A stretch of DNA of 45,953 nucleotides from a virus (lineage: Duplodnaviria > Caudoviricetes). Under the pieces are notes generated by a model that had not been told where the DNA came from, made no database searches, and saw nothing but the letters and a program-made list of their open reading frames with translations. Position numbers and translations under genes: made by a program. Location of the stretch: IMG/VR virus record IMGVR_UViG_3300030117_007041, positions 1 through 45,953 of that record; one strand, 5' to 3'. This document shows positions 18,831 through 28,322 of this stretch, one piece after another. Each line of letters opens with the position of its first letter. Position 1 is the first letter of the stretch.

Positions 18831-19747
18831 TAATCATCAGCCCCTGTTAAATTACCAATCGAACCATTTCTAGTAGTAACAAAAGTTTGCATTGGATTTG
18901 GAACCATATGTGGCATTGGTTCTTTTGCGCGTGATGTTTCTATATATTCTTGTTCTATCTTTTTAGATAATCCCATATGCCCGCTACCAACTTGAAGATT
19001 TCCTCCAAGATTTAAAAAATGACCTAAAGTGTTGTGAATTGCCGCTGGTATTAACTGCTCAGGCAGGTCAACCCGACTAGCAACACTTGACTTTGCTTCA
19101 GGTTTTGCATAATAAAAAACCTTTAACGTATCTCCAGAATCAGGAGTTTTTGTTAAATAAAGCTTATGAGTATCTTCTTGCCAAAATCCTCCACTTGAAT
19201 AGCTGGTTGTTCCACTTGAAGAGTCAACTGCTACAGTAAAGGCATTGTCAGAAGTTTTAGTAACTGCTAGTCTTTTTCCATTTAAACGCGAAATTTTTGT
19301 TGCCGTAACATAGTGACCAACTATTTCACTAAAAATAACATAATCACCTGTGGCTAAGCCGTGCGATGCAGATGTCACCTCCGAAGGAGAAGCGCTTGTA
19401 ATTCCAGTTATTGAACCAGTTGACGTATCTGTTTTTATGTAGTATCCAATCTTAGAAACATCATCATCTGCTATATCAGATATTATCGCAGACTCATCAA
19501 CAAAAGGCACATCTACCTTGTCTAATTCTACTTTATAAATTTGTCCTGAGTAATTAGTATTTGTAAAGATATATTCTTTGCTACTTGTAGTAAAAGATTC
19601 CGAGTCTTTTTTTCTTACTGCTCGCATAGCAATATCTTTAATGGCTTGGTCAAAATATATCTCAATTAAATTATGAGATACAGGTAATTCAATGCCACCA
19701 GCAATCACACCTGCGTCAATAAGTTCATATGCTTCTTGATAGCGCAT
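18830..19747 (-). CDS. Second adaptor-like protein with an inserted E1-FCCH-like beta domain
   Basis: 305 aa; KLYLTKTP...LKVFYYAKP...DLPEQLIPA flanks an ITGITSASPSEVTSASHGLATGDYV...LNGKRLAVT...FTV insert. Confidence 0.6.
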   Translation of the reverse strand: MRYQEAYELIDAGVIAGGIELPVSHNLIEIYFDQAIKDIAMRAVRKKDSESFTTSSKEYIFTNTNYSGQIYKVELDKVDVPFVDESAIISDIADDDVSKIGYYIKTDTSTGSITGITSASPSEVTSASHGLATGDYVIFSEIVGHYVTATKISRLNGKRLAVTKTSDNAFTVAVDSSSGTTSYSSGGFWQEDTHKLYLTKTPDSGDTLKVFYYAKPEAKSSVASRVDLPEQLIPAAIHNTLGHFLNLGGNLQVGSGHMGLSKKIEQEYIETSRAKEPMPHMVPNPMQTFVTTRNGSIGNLTGADD

Positions 19748-19749
19748 TG

Positions 19750-19848
19750 TTATTTTCTTTTATTTTTATTGTATTTTTTTCTAGCCCTACTTGCTTTTTT
19801 TACACCTTCAGGCGTGTAGGGATATTTTACTCCATTAACATAAGGCAT
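19750..19848 (-). CDS. 32-aa basic peptide
   Basis: Not in the ORF track: MPYVNGVKYPYTPEGVKKASRARKKYNKNKRK; AAGGA RBS; fills the gap. Confidence 0.65.
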   Translation of the reverse strand: MPYVNGVKYPYTPEGVKKASRARKKYNKNKRK

Positions 19849-19850
19849 AG

Positions 19851-19973
19851 TTAATATCCTTTTCTTTTTTTACGTTTTTTGCGAACACGAGATTTCTTTT
19901 TTAGCGTTGTTATTAAACGCGTAGAGCCATCGCTAAACGATGTTGCCCCTGTTCCGTATGTTATTTCTTTCAC
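19851..19973 (-). CDS. 40-aa peptide: capsid N-terminus-like motif plus polybasic tail
   Basis: Not in the ORF track; GTG overlaps the upstream TAG. MKEITYGTGATSFSDGSTRLITTLKKKSRVRKKRKKRKGY. Confidence 0.65.
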   Translation of the reverse strand: MKEITYGTGATSFSDGSTRLITTLKKKSRVRKKRKKRKGY

Positions 19974-20449
19974 TATGCAATTACAAATTCAGCAGTCCCT
20001 GTAACTTCTCCAAGAACTTGCCAATTTGTACCATCAAATATCAACATTACTCCTCTTGAAGCAGCGTCTGATGTCAGTGTTGAACCTGCTGCAAAATTTG
20101 CAGGGGTTACAACAAGAGAAACTGTATTTGCAAGCACCTTGTGAAAAATAATTTTTAATTGACCCGCTGTACCATCTGCAAGGCTAACATGACTTTTGCT
20201 TGTAGCTGTATTAACAAACGATGTTAATGTATTTAACGAAAGCGCTGTCGCGTTTCCTGAGCCATTACCGGCATCGACAGTTTCTACTCCAGCAATAATA
20301 CCACCAACAACACCTATATTTCCGGTTGTACCATCTTCTAGTTGCAGTCCGGTAGTATCGCCATCGCCAGAAACAACAGTTCTTAGTGTTGAGTCAACGC
20401 CCTGATTGTTATTATTTATTCTTAATGAATCTTTATATGATTCTGCCAT
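19973..20449 (-). CDS. Capsid decoration/head fibre-like protein
   Basis: 158 aa beta-rich (SLADGTAGQLKII...LIFDGTNWQV); immediately after the major capsid gene. Confidence 0.55.
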   Translation of the reverse strand: MAESYKDSLRINNNNQGVDSTLRTVVSGDGDTTGLQLEDGTTGNIGVVGGIIAGVETVDAGNGSGNATALSLNTLTSFVNTATSKSHVSLADGTAGQLKIIFHKVLANTVSLVVTPANFAAGSTLTSDAASRGVMLIFDGTNWQVLGEVTGTAEFVIA

Positions 20450-20468
20450 TTTTTATTCCTTTATCAAA

Positions 20469-20494
20469 CTTGAGGGCGGTTGCCCGCCCCCAAG
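20469..20494 (-). terminator. Probable intrinsic terminator after the major capsid gene
   Basis: Minus strand CTTGGGGGCGG-GCAA-CCGCCCTCAAG followed by a short T run. Confidence 0.7.
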
Positions 20495-20507
20495 CGATTA
20501 TTTGGTT

Positions 20508-21962
20508 TTAGACCAGCTTTAAGATAGCGTGAGTCTGTTCATTACGAATCTCAACGCCAACTTCCATTAGCCATTCATCAGTTTGACCATCACGACCATC
20601 CTTAACAATGTCTTTACGAAGTTGCATATCGCGACCAGCCAAAGGACGAATTGAAAAATTCGCAGGGTCAATCGCAACAGCGTAATCTTCTAAAGAACCA
20701 TTTAGGTATGGATGAGGAACAAAGTCTAATTGACCAACTGGACCCATATAAGAACGAACCCTTAGACCAGTTGCTGTTTTTTCACCAGTGTCGTAAAAAC
20801 CGGTATCAGCAGTTCTTGTAGCCGCAACAAGTTGCACAAGCCACTTATTAGAACAAAATACGGTTTTTCTCATTGAACCTGAAACCATATCATGGAATAG
20901 ATACTCTGAAACACCATCTAGGTTAGAAAGACCCTCACTGTAATCCCATTGCATATTGGTATTGCTAGCGCCATTCAAGGATGTAACCGCTCCATTAGAA
21001 GCGCTAACATCAAAACCTTGAAAGGTACGTTTTGGGTTTTCAGCGGTTGCATCAAGAGAGATTGCGCCATTTGTTAAAATAGCCCATTCAACATCGCCTT
21101 TGATTTTTGCTAGTTTTCTAGCTTGCAACCTTGCTAACTCCGAACCACCATAATGCTTCGCAGCTTTTGCAGTTCCAGTTACTGTGTATGGCTCGCGAAA
21201 AATTTGCGTACAGTTTTTCAACCTACGAACTTTTTTACGAGTTTCAGTTCCTACTGCTGAACCTTCAGCAATACCTGCTACGCCATTTTCACGCATAAAA
21301 TAATCAGCGTCAGCAAAAGTAATTTCACCAAAACCGCTAGTTGCGCTATGTGTTTGATAGCCATAGTATGATGTTGCGGTTCCATTGTCGTAAAATAACC
21401 CTGCATTAGCAACATATTCTAAAGTTAAAACACCAGATGCGTCTGCTGTTATTAGGTCTGAACCGTCTGCACAAGCTTCTACGTTATAAGCATCGAGGCT
21501 AGAATGAGCATGCGCTCCAAGAAACTGAGCCATTTTATCGGTTGCACTGCCATGATTCACATCTTTACCAACTGCGATACAAATAAAATGAGTAACATCA
21601 GTTTGTAAAGCCGCAGAGCCACCAGCAACACTTGCGCTGTAAATACCACCAACCTCAAACATTTCCATTTGAGCTTGTCTTTCAGCTATTAAGATTGTGT
21701 GATGACCGTTTATACCACCTGTTGCTGTGTCAGCAACATCTGAAGAAGTTATGTTAAACTTCTCACTTTTTTTAATCATATACTCGTCTTCCATCCACTC
21801 GAAAATAGGGACTGGAGTCACTACTGACTTCATTCCAAACAGAGAGAAAATGGGAGTCGCGTTAGGATTATAGTAATGGATTTTAGACCCTAGCTCAAGG
21901 ACTTGTCTTTGTGTCGAGTCCGAGAACTGAAGGGCGGTACCAGTACCGTAACTTGTAGGCAT
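20508..21962 (-). CDS. Major capsid protein (HK97 fold, DUF5309/SU10-like) with insertion domain
   Basis: 484 aa; FEWMEDE, AEGS, NCTQIFR, DVEWAIL, YMGPVGQLDFVPHP, EWLMEVGVEIRNEQTH motifs; follows portal and scaffold; GGAGG RBS; downstream terminator. Confidence 0.9.
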   Translation of the reverse strand: MPTSYGTGTALQFSDSTQRQVLELGSKIHYYNPNATPIFSLFGMKSVVTPVPIFEWMEDEYMIKKSEKFNITSSDVADTATGGINGHHTILIAERQAQMEMFEVGGIYSASVAGGSAALQTDVTHFICIAVGKDVNHGSATDKMAQFLGAHAHSSLDAYNVEACADGSDLITADASGVLTLEYVANAGLFYDNGTATSYYGYQTHSATSGFGEITFADADYFMRENGVAGIAEGSAVGTETRKKVRRLKNCTQIFREPYTVTGTAKAAKHYGGSELARLQARKLAKIKGDVEWAILTNGAISLDATAENPKRTFQGFDVSASNGAVTSLNGASNTNMQWDYSEGLSNLDGVSEYLFHDMVSGSMRKTVFCSNKWLVQLVAATRTADTGFYDTGEKTATGLRVRSYMGPVGQLDFVPHPYLNGSLEDYAVAIDPANFSIRPLAGRDMQLRKDIVKDGRDGQTDEWLMEVGVEIRNEQTHAILKLV

Positions 21963-22020
21963 ATTATACCTCCTATTTATGTTACAATAGCGCTACAATC
22001 CATCTTATAGAACTATAACA

Positions 22021-22935
22021 CTATGTATTCGTATTATTGTATTCCATAATTCCCTTCCAAAAATCATCAACAACTTTTTCTTCTGGCTCAACAGCTTGAG
22101 GAGCATTACCGCTAACAGCGGCAGCGCTATTCTGCTTGTTTTTTGCTTTTGGAGCTTGTTGCGAAGTTCCGGATTGAGAATTATTCCCTTTGTTCGATAA
22201 AGTTTTCCATATTTGAACTAAGTTCTCCTGAGATACATTATTTGGGTCAGCCATAAACTGCCTATATTCGACAATATCTGTATCACTTAACCCCATTTTC
22301 TGTAACTCTGCGGTCTCTGCATCAAACGCCTGAGACTCTGAAAGTTCAGACTTTAGCTTTTCGACCTCCAACATGGCTTGAGTAGCGCCTTGATTAATAA
22401 GCCACTTATCATGCTCTGCTCTCCAATTTGCGGAGCTAGAGTTTTCAATGCTTTCATCAAGAATATCGTAATCATCCGGCTTAACTGGCGGAGCATTCAA
22501 ATCTTTTTGTTTTTCTTGAACTGATTCTGTCAGTTTTTGAACCACATCAGGATTATTTGAGAGAAAATCATCTAATTGCGCTAATTTTTCATACTTTTGC
22601 TTTTCACCACTCCACTCATTACGTTCTTTATCAGACTTTGATTGAAGTTGCTTATAGGCATCTGCTAACGCTTTTTTTCCTTCCTCATCATTTGCGAATT
22701 TATTCTCGATAAGCCATTGCTCAACCTTAGATTCTTCATTGGGTTGCTCTTCATCGACTTTCTCATCAGATTGAACATCTTGAACTTCTTCAGCTTCTGG
22801 AGAATTTTGTTGGGTCTCAACTACTTCTTCCTGTTCAGCTTCTGGAGAAGAGCCTTCGTTAAACTCATCGAGTTCAGCCATAAGGTTATCTTCGTTCATT
22901 TCTTCATTCTGGTTTTTCTGGTCTTCATTTGTCAT
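22021..22935 (-). CDS. Capsid scaffolding protein
   Basis: 304 aa; acidic N-terminus, LADAYKQLQSK helix, coiled coils; between portal and capsid genes. Confidence 0.75.
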   Translation of the reverse strand: MTNEDQKNQNEEMNEDNLMAELDEFNEGSSPEAEQEEVVETQQNSPEAEEVQDVQSDEKVDEEQPNEESKVEQWLIENKFANDEEGKKALADAYKQLQSKSDKERNEWSGEKQKYEKLAQLDDFLSNNPDVVQKLTESVQEKQKDLNAPPVKPDDYDILDESIENSSSANWRAEHDKWLINQGATQAMLEVEKLKSELSESQAFDAETAELQKMGLSDTDIVEYRQFMADPNNVSQENLVQIWKTLSNKGNNSQSGTSQQAPKAKNKQNSAAAVSGNAPQAVEPEEKVVDDFWKGIMEYNNTNT

Positions 22936-22959
22936 ACGATGCTCCTTTTAAGTTATCCG

Positions 22960-24966
22960 CTATGCTTGCGGAGCTTTAGGTTCTGAGTTAATCGTTTGTT
23001 TTGCAATAGACAATTCCTCGCCGACCATGCGAGTCTTGTCTCTTTGTCGTGCTTGTTCCAGCTTTGCATTGGACTTAATGTTACTTACCGCTTCAGAAAC
23101 TGGTTTGGTAGCTTCACTTATTTCAGCCCTCATATTTGCATGGAATACTTCACGCTCTCTAGTTTGCAGGTCTCCCTGCATTCTCTTGAGTTCTTCCTGC
23201 GCTTGTTGCAACTGCGCCTGTAAATTTGTTATTTCTCCCATTCTTTGCATTAGTGATGCTTTGTCTATATCACCTTTCATATTCATGATTACTTGCGTTT
23301 TATCATAAATACCTGCATTTAAGAGAGTTAAATCTTTTTGTAATTCAGCCATTGGAGACTTACTACGAGTAGAACCAACTACTACTCTTACATCAAATTG
23401 CGATGTTTGCATATCATATAATTTTTTAACCGCACCTGTTTTATCGTCAATAACGGGTATATTTAAATTAACTTCATTTTCGTCGCCAACCGGACTTACA
23501 ATCCTCAAAGTTCTTTGTTGGTCATAAACGCTAGGCATCCATTGAGTAACAACCTTAGCTGTTCTTGTTAGCATGTCATATATAGGAAGAATTTTCCAAT
23601 TTTGTTTTCTCGAAGAAGATTCGTCCATGATTTGCGCTTCTCCAACAGTTCCGGGCGCACCTTGTGAATTTCCTTGTAAAAATTTATATGCCCCAAAAAC
23701 TGTTTCAATATCTACTTCATATCTTCCTTTTTCAGCATAAAGACTTGAAGATACTGCTGGCGGAGCAAATTCTTTGATTTTCCCTGTTGCTAATGCACCC
23801 GGATTAGCCCGTATTATAGCGTTTGGTATGTGCCATTTTTGTATTTCGCTAGCATCTATAGCCCCATCTTCGTATAGAAGTTTAAAATTTGTTGTAGCAT
23901 TTGTATGTGAAATAATTAAAGCTTCGGTCCTGTTCAGCATACGCTGAGGTGTCTTAGCATGCCTAACATCTCCACTCGGGAATGGATTGCCAGCATGCTC
24001 ATTACATGCGACAGCAATAGGATACTCAGAGATGGGGAGTATCTCATCATACAGGACCGTATCACCAACAACAAACACTTCCCTAATTCTTGTCTGATAC
24101 GCTAATTGCTCTGTAATTACCCCTTCTTTTAAAAAATCTTCATATTTATTATCTGAAATAAGCTCTTTATATTCATCTTTTGTGTATAATTGATTTTTTC
24201 CAGTATTAGTATCAAGTATCAAAGCATGTGGAATATTTACTTTTACAAAATAACAATATTTTCTTACCCTACTTTGATGGTCAAGGTCATGGCTTCCTCT
24301 TGTTTCTATATGGTCTCTTGAATACTTTCCACTTTCCATTTCATTTCTTTGGTGATTTTCTTCGGCATCATCAATTTCTTTTGCGTATTGAGGAAAAAGT
24401 ATTTTAAGATGTTCTTTTGTATGTAAATCTGAATATATAATAGCGCTAGCATCTGAAAAGTCTGGCATAGAGCTATTAGGGTCTACAAAAATAGATTCAG
24501 GTGGCATTCTTTTTACTTTTATAGTACCAAGACCACTATCCCCCTGCCAATCGGGATATATATACATATAAGCTAAACCTTTGACAATAAAATCTTTACA
24601 TGCCTGTCTAAAATGAACATCGGCGTCCGACTCGTACCAAATCTTATCAAGTAATTGGTCAAAAACGAACGCCGCATCATTATCGGTCTTGCCCACAGCG
24701 TGAACATCCCATTCAGGAGCAGATGCGGCGATATTCGCTAATACCTGCTCTACAGCGGGACGTATTTTATTGTTAGCTTCGGGGGGTTGCCCCACACTGA
24801 GCAAGTAATTCTTTTGTGCCTTTGTCAGTTGTGAACCGAGATAAAACTCATGGTCTTCCGCCATTTGATAGCGGTATTCGCTAGAAGAGCTTTCAAAATG
24901 CAGATAGTCTGCTCTTACCTCTTCTGCCGAAATCTTTTTAGTTTCAAGCTGACGTAAGTTTAACAT
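22960..24966 (-). CDS. Portal protein (P22-like)
   Basis: 668 aa; FYLGSQ, NKIRPAVEQV, IFVDPNS...DFSDA, PQRMLN, C-terminal coiled-coil barrel. Confidence 0.9.
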   Translation of the reverse strand: MLNLRQLETKKISAEEVRADYLHFESSSSEYRYQMAEDHEFYLGSQLTKAQKNYLLSVGQPPEANNKIRPAVEQVLANIAASAPEWDVHAVGKTDNDAAFVFDQLLDKIWYESDADVHFRQACKDFIVKGLAYMYIYPDWQGDSGLGTIKVKRMPPESIFVDPNSSMPDFSDASAIIYSDLHTKEHLKILFPQYAKEIDDAEENHQRNEMESGKYSRDHIETRGSHDLDHQSRVRKYCYFVKVNIPHALILDTNTGKNQLYTKDEYKELISDNKYEDFLKEGVITEQLAYQTRIREVFVVGDTVLYDEILPISEYPIAVACNEHAGNPFPSGDVRHAKTPQRMLNRTEALIISHTNATTNFKLLYEDGAIDASEIQKWHIPNAIIRANPGALATGKIKEFAPPAVSSSLYAEKGRYEVDIETVFGAYKFLQGNSQGAPGTVGEAQIMDESSSRKQNWKILPIYDMLTRTAKVVTQWMPSVYDQQRTLRIVSPVGDENEVNLNIPVIDDKTGAVKKLYDMQTSQFDVRVVVGSTRSKSPMAELQKDLTLLNAGIYDKTQVIMNMKGDIDKASLMQRMGEITNLQAQLQQAQEELKRMQGDLQTREREVFHANMRAEISEATKPVSEAVSNIKSNAKLEQARQRDKTRMVGEELSIAKQTINSEPKAPQA

Positions 24967-24979
24967 ATGTTACATAATA

Positions 24980-25008
24980 ATCTTACAAAACAGTTATACA
25001 ATAATCAA
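24980..25008 (-). promoter_or_regulatory. Sigma70-like promoter upstream of portal
   Basis: Minus strand TTGATT-17 bp-TAAGAT. Confidence 0.4.
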
Positions 25009-25385
25009 AATTTTTTATTTAATAAAATTAAAGTAGATATTGGCACTAATAATAATTCAGATGTATTGTCATCGCCACCTTTTACCATGTGCGCTAAGTC
25101 GTTTAAATACATATACTTAACTGCCTTACGAAGTTTATCAACTCGAAAAATAAGCATAAACTTTACATCACCTTCAATAGTAAAGACCTGTATCCACCAT
25201 TTTGCATCCGTAGTTGAAATACCAGAAGGCTTTCCCCTTGACCTTATTTCAATCGCTATATTTCCAGTGTCAGCCCATATATCTCTTTCGGTCTTGACCT
25301 CAATAGAGCCTTCACCTTCAAATAGTTTTCTTACTTTTTCTTCGTATATCTGACCAAAATCTAGGTCAATGTCAAAATTTCCCAC
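25005..25385 (-). CDS. PD-(D/E)XK nuclease-fold protein
   Basis: 126 aa; G..YEE...IEVKTER...TGNIAIE...PSGISTTDAKWW; between terminase and portal. Confidence 0.6.
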   Translation of the reverse strand: MGNFDIDLDFGQIYEEKVRKLFEGEGSIEVKTERDIWADTGNIAIEIRSRGKPSGISTTDAKWWIQVFTIEGDVKFMLIFRVDKLRKAVKYMYLNDLAHMVKGGDDNTSELLLVPISTLILLNKKF

Positions 25386-27025
25386 TACGCTTCAACAAAA
25401 TCTACTGCACTGAACATTTGACCCGTTTCCCAATCTACCTCTGTAATTGGTGGTGGTGCTAACCATTCTCCTTTTTCATTTTGCTCAACATCAGGCGCCC
25501 ATATATCATCTATTGCCCAACGAAGTGCATCTAATGTATCTTTTTTAAAAGTTCCATGTTCTTTAAAGTTTAAAAGCTCTGTTTCTAGCTCTTCATGTGT
25601 TTCTTTTAAAAATACAGAATGAGATGCAAAATGAGGTTGCATTTGCTTTATTCGATAATATTTTGCTTTAATAGCTTTTCTTGTATTTATATTATAAAAC
25701 CTTCCAGTTTCTTTTGAATGTCTTCGTACATAGTCTGCTAGCATTACATGACCTGTTTCTTCAATTTTAATATCTCTTGGATGATACATGTCTGCTAGCT
25801 CAAATAATTTATCAGCACCGTCCATAGGAGCTACTTGACCGCGAAAATAATCAAGAACATATATATTATATTCTTTATCTACTGCTATAACCATTATAAC
25901 CGTATAATCTGCTTTTACATTTTCACTTGACGCAGGGTCAACGCCTATAAATATATTTACAGGTAATTTAACTCTCCTACCCTCATCTGTTCGCATAATA
26001 AAGCTTTGCTCATCTTCATACATGTACCTACCTTCCCAATATCGCATATCTTTTTGTTTAAATATACGAAAACTATCATCTACTGGAATATTTTGATATT
26101 CTTGATAAAAATATGCTATATCACCTTCTGACTTCAATCTTTCTCTTTCTCCCATCAGCCATGAATATGGTCTTCTATCTTCCCATAAAACTTTAACATT
26201 GCCTTTTTTATCTGTAAATTCATTTCCAGAAGTAGCAAATTTACCTTTAGGTAGGTCTTGCGGTACTGCTTGAAAAAATAACGACCTCCAACCCTTGACC
26301 TTATAATTCCCCTCTTTATCATAAGCAAGAGGACCAGCAATTCTATTCAAATAAGCATCTGTATCTACAATAGTACCGATAAATACAAGCTTTGCATCGC
26401 CAGAACCCGGTATAACTGCTGCGTTTAGCCATCTTCTAAATTTATCTCGAGCTGTAGGGGTAGTGCTGTTTGATTCTCCCTCTCCATCGTCAATTATTGT
26501 TAAAGTTGGGCGATATGCTCCATATTTTAATCCACGAACCTTTTGACCAGTACCTCTAATAAGGCATTTACACATAACATTTGGTTTGCCGTATTCATCA
26601 AACCCGCCAATAACTTCTTTTTCTTCTTTTCCCCAAATAGCGCCTTTTCTATCGCCAAAAAAATATTTTATCTTAGGATTAAACTCAATTTCATTGCCTA
26701 TTGCTTCTAAATTGTACTTAGATTGCATTTCAGATTCAGAAATAAGCAATAAAAAGCGCTCTTCTCCAAACAAAATACGATGTAATGGATAAATTAAATT
26801 GATAAAGGTCGATTTTGCGTGGTCTCTTGGAGCAACAACAGCTAATTTGTCCCCACCATTCATATCTATTAGCGTTTTTGCTATTTCTTTATGAAAATCT
26901 GGCGATTTTGACCTACAATGATAATGCATAGAATTATCAGGGTCTCCAAATAAAATATCAGCAAATGTAAATATATCAAGATACATAGCTTCAAGCATTT
27001 TTTGTTTATTTTCAGCTTTTCCCAT
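25385..27025 (-). CDS. terL: Terminase large subunit
   Basis: Walker A APRDHAKST, Walker B TIIDDGEG, FIGTI, YQEYQN, RNase H-like GVDPA...DYT, final DTLDAL. Start at 27025 or 27034. Confidence 0.92.
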   Translation of the reverse strand: MGKAENKQKMLEAMYLDIFTFADILFGDPDNSMHYHCRSKSPDFHKEIAKTLIDMNGGDKLAVVAPRDHAKSTFINLIYPLHRILFGEERFLLLISESEMQSKYNLEAIGNEIEFNPKIKYFFGDRKGAIWGKEEKEVIGGFDEYGKPNVMCKCLIRGTGQKVRGLKYGAYRPTLTIIDDGEGESNSTTPTARDKFRRWLNAAVIPGSGDAKLVFIGTIVDTDAYLNRIAGPLAYDKEGNYKVKGWRSLFFQAVPQDLPKGKFATSGNEFTDKKGNVKVLWEDRRPYSWLMGERERLKSEGDIAYFYQEYQNIPVDDSFRIFKQKDMRYWEGRYMYEDEQSFIMRTDEGRRVKLPVNIFIGVDPASSENVKADYTVIMVIAVDKEYNIYVLDYFRGQVAPMDGADKLFELADMYHPRDIKIEETGHVMLADYVRRHSKETGRFYNINTRKAIKAKYYRIKQMQPHFASHSVFLKETHEELETELLNFKEHGTFKKDTLDALRWAIDDIWAPDVEQNEKGEWLAPPPITEVDWETGQMFSAVDFVEA

Positions 27026-27236
27026 ATTCCCCAATATAACTTTCTAACATATCTAGTTGTTGTTTATATGAATCAACCTCATCAAGCAATTCTAAAATAA
27101 ATTTAGCTACTACTCCATCAACAAAATAAGGTTCATTATCTATATGAATCAATCCCGGTTGAGATACATCTATATCTTCACTCTTGGACTGTTGCTGATG
27201 TGTGAACTTCTTCGTTTTTATCGTTTTTTGCGCCAT
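27012..27236 (-). CDS. Hypothetical protein
   Basis: Part of ORF 27012..27251; likely start MAQK; overlaps both terminase genes. Confidence 0.5.
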   Translation of the reverse strand: MAQKTIKTKKFTHQQQSKSEDIDVSQPGLIHIDNEPYFVDGVVAKFILELLDEVDSYKQQLDMLESYIGEYGKS

Positions 27237-27987
27237 ATGTGGTCTCTGCAATGGTTTTGCGTACAGATGACAATTTTTTTATATCACCATCTGATAAAGC
27301 AAATACGCCTTCAATCTGTTCTTCTTTTTTCTCTTTGGTCAAATGTCCAAGCATGTCACTTACTCTATTTAAAGCATTAAGTTTTGTCGCAGGTGGGGTT
27401 TCAATATCTTCAATCATATTTTTGTATTGATTTGCAACGTAATCATCGTCCATTCCCATTGCGGCTAATTTATCTCTCATATTCATGGCAATATATTCCC
27501 TAATATGTTTTCTTTTAAGTATCCCCATACCTCGCCTAAGTGCTTGTTCGGGGTTATTGTCTTTATATATTGATTGATAGGCAAGTATTATAGATTCTGA
27601 ATCCCACATGCCCAACTTATCTGTTTTTCCATGTAGGAATAAAGCGTCTACAAATGTTCTTTGTTTTGCGGTAGGTCGTACATTTTTTACTAAATCTTTT
27701 CCAAAATAGTATTTATCACGATAATAATTTGGTTGTTCTTGAGCATAAACGTGTTTCTTATGAACACCGCATTCTCCGTAACCAGTACGGATGAAAATAT
27801 AAGGTTTTTTAGAATTTGCGTGATTTTCTGTACGCCTGCCAATAACCTGTATAACTTTTCCATCTTGCGTCTGTATCCAATCTCCTACCTCAGCTTTTCT
27901 CCAGTCATCTACAGGTGCTATATTTAGACCTTTCGATTCTTCTTTAGTATAAACATCAAATGTTTTACCTCTACATTCAACTTTCAT
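27178..27987 (-). CDS. Terminase small subunit-like protein with N-terminal extension
   Basis: 269 aa; PTAKQRTFV...ILAYQSIY...ILKRKHIREYI...KLNALNRVSDMLG matches the TerS HTH plus oligomerisation pattern; upstream of terL. Confidence 0.65.
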   Translation of the reverse strand: MKVECRGKTFDVYTKEESKGLNIAPVDDWRKAEVGDWIQTQDGKVIQVIGRRTENHANSKKPYIFIRTGYGECGVHKKHVYAQEQPNYYRDKYYFGKDLVKNVRPTAKQRTFVDALFLHGKTDKLGMWDSESIILAYQSIYKDNNPEQALRRGMGILKRKHIREYIAMNMRDKLAAMGMDDDYVANQYKNMIEDIETPPATKLNALNRVSDMLGHLTKEKKEEQIEGVFALSDGDIKKLSSVRKTIAETTYGAKNDKNEEVHTSATVQE

Positions 27988-28132
27988 CTTTCATTTCAAA
28001 GAACCTACAACCCTTATCAACAACATTTGAAGGAATATGTTCTTTTTCCTTGCCTAATTTTTCAAAATATTTACAAAACCCCAAAAATGTCATTCCACCT
28101 AATTGTTGATACTTACAATTCCAACAATTCAT
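27977..28132 (-). CDS. 51-aa Cys-rich (CxxC...C...C) protein
   Basis: Not in the ORF track: MNCWNCKYQQLGGMTFLGFCKYFEKLGKEKEHIPSNVVDKGCRFFEMKDES; fills the gap. Confidence 0.55.
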   Translation of the reverse strand: MNCWNCKYQQLGGMTFLGFCKYFEKLGKEKEHIPSNVVDKGCRFFEMKDES

Positions 28133-28322
28133 TATTTTCTCTATCATCTACATAGGTAATCATACAATCCCCATTAAATTCATCTGCTGTTGTAGGCTCT
28201 CCATCAAGATATGATTGAGCGATGTCTCTTACTTCTTTTGGCACTGTATTATAACTGTAGTGATTAATTAATTTATTCAATCCTTCTTCTAACCATTTAA
28301 TACGTTCTTGTAAATCTTTCAT
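28113..28322 (-). CDS. Hypothetical protein
   Basis: 69 aa; TAATG-coupled to the upstream gene. Confidence 0.55.
   Translation of the reverse strand: MKDLQERIKWLEEGLNKLINHYSYNTVPKEVRDIAQSYLDGEPTTADEFNGDCMITYVDDRENNELLEL

Noticed and set aside
339-27927. Plus-strand ORFs opposite the structural genes (e.g. 339..707, 12184..12594, 24967..25353) and short alternative-frame ORFs
   Set aside because: Antisense or out-of-frame shadows of well-supported genes; F/S/L-rich, no RBS, no motifs.
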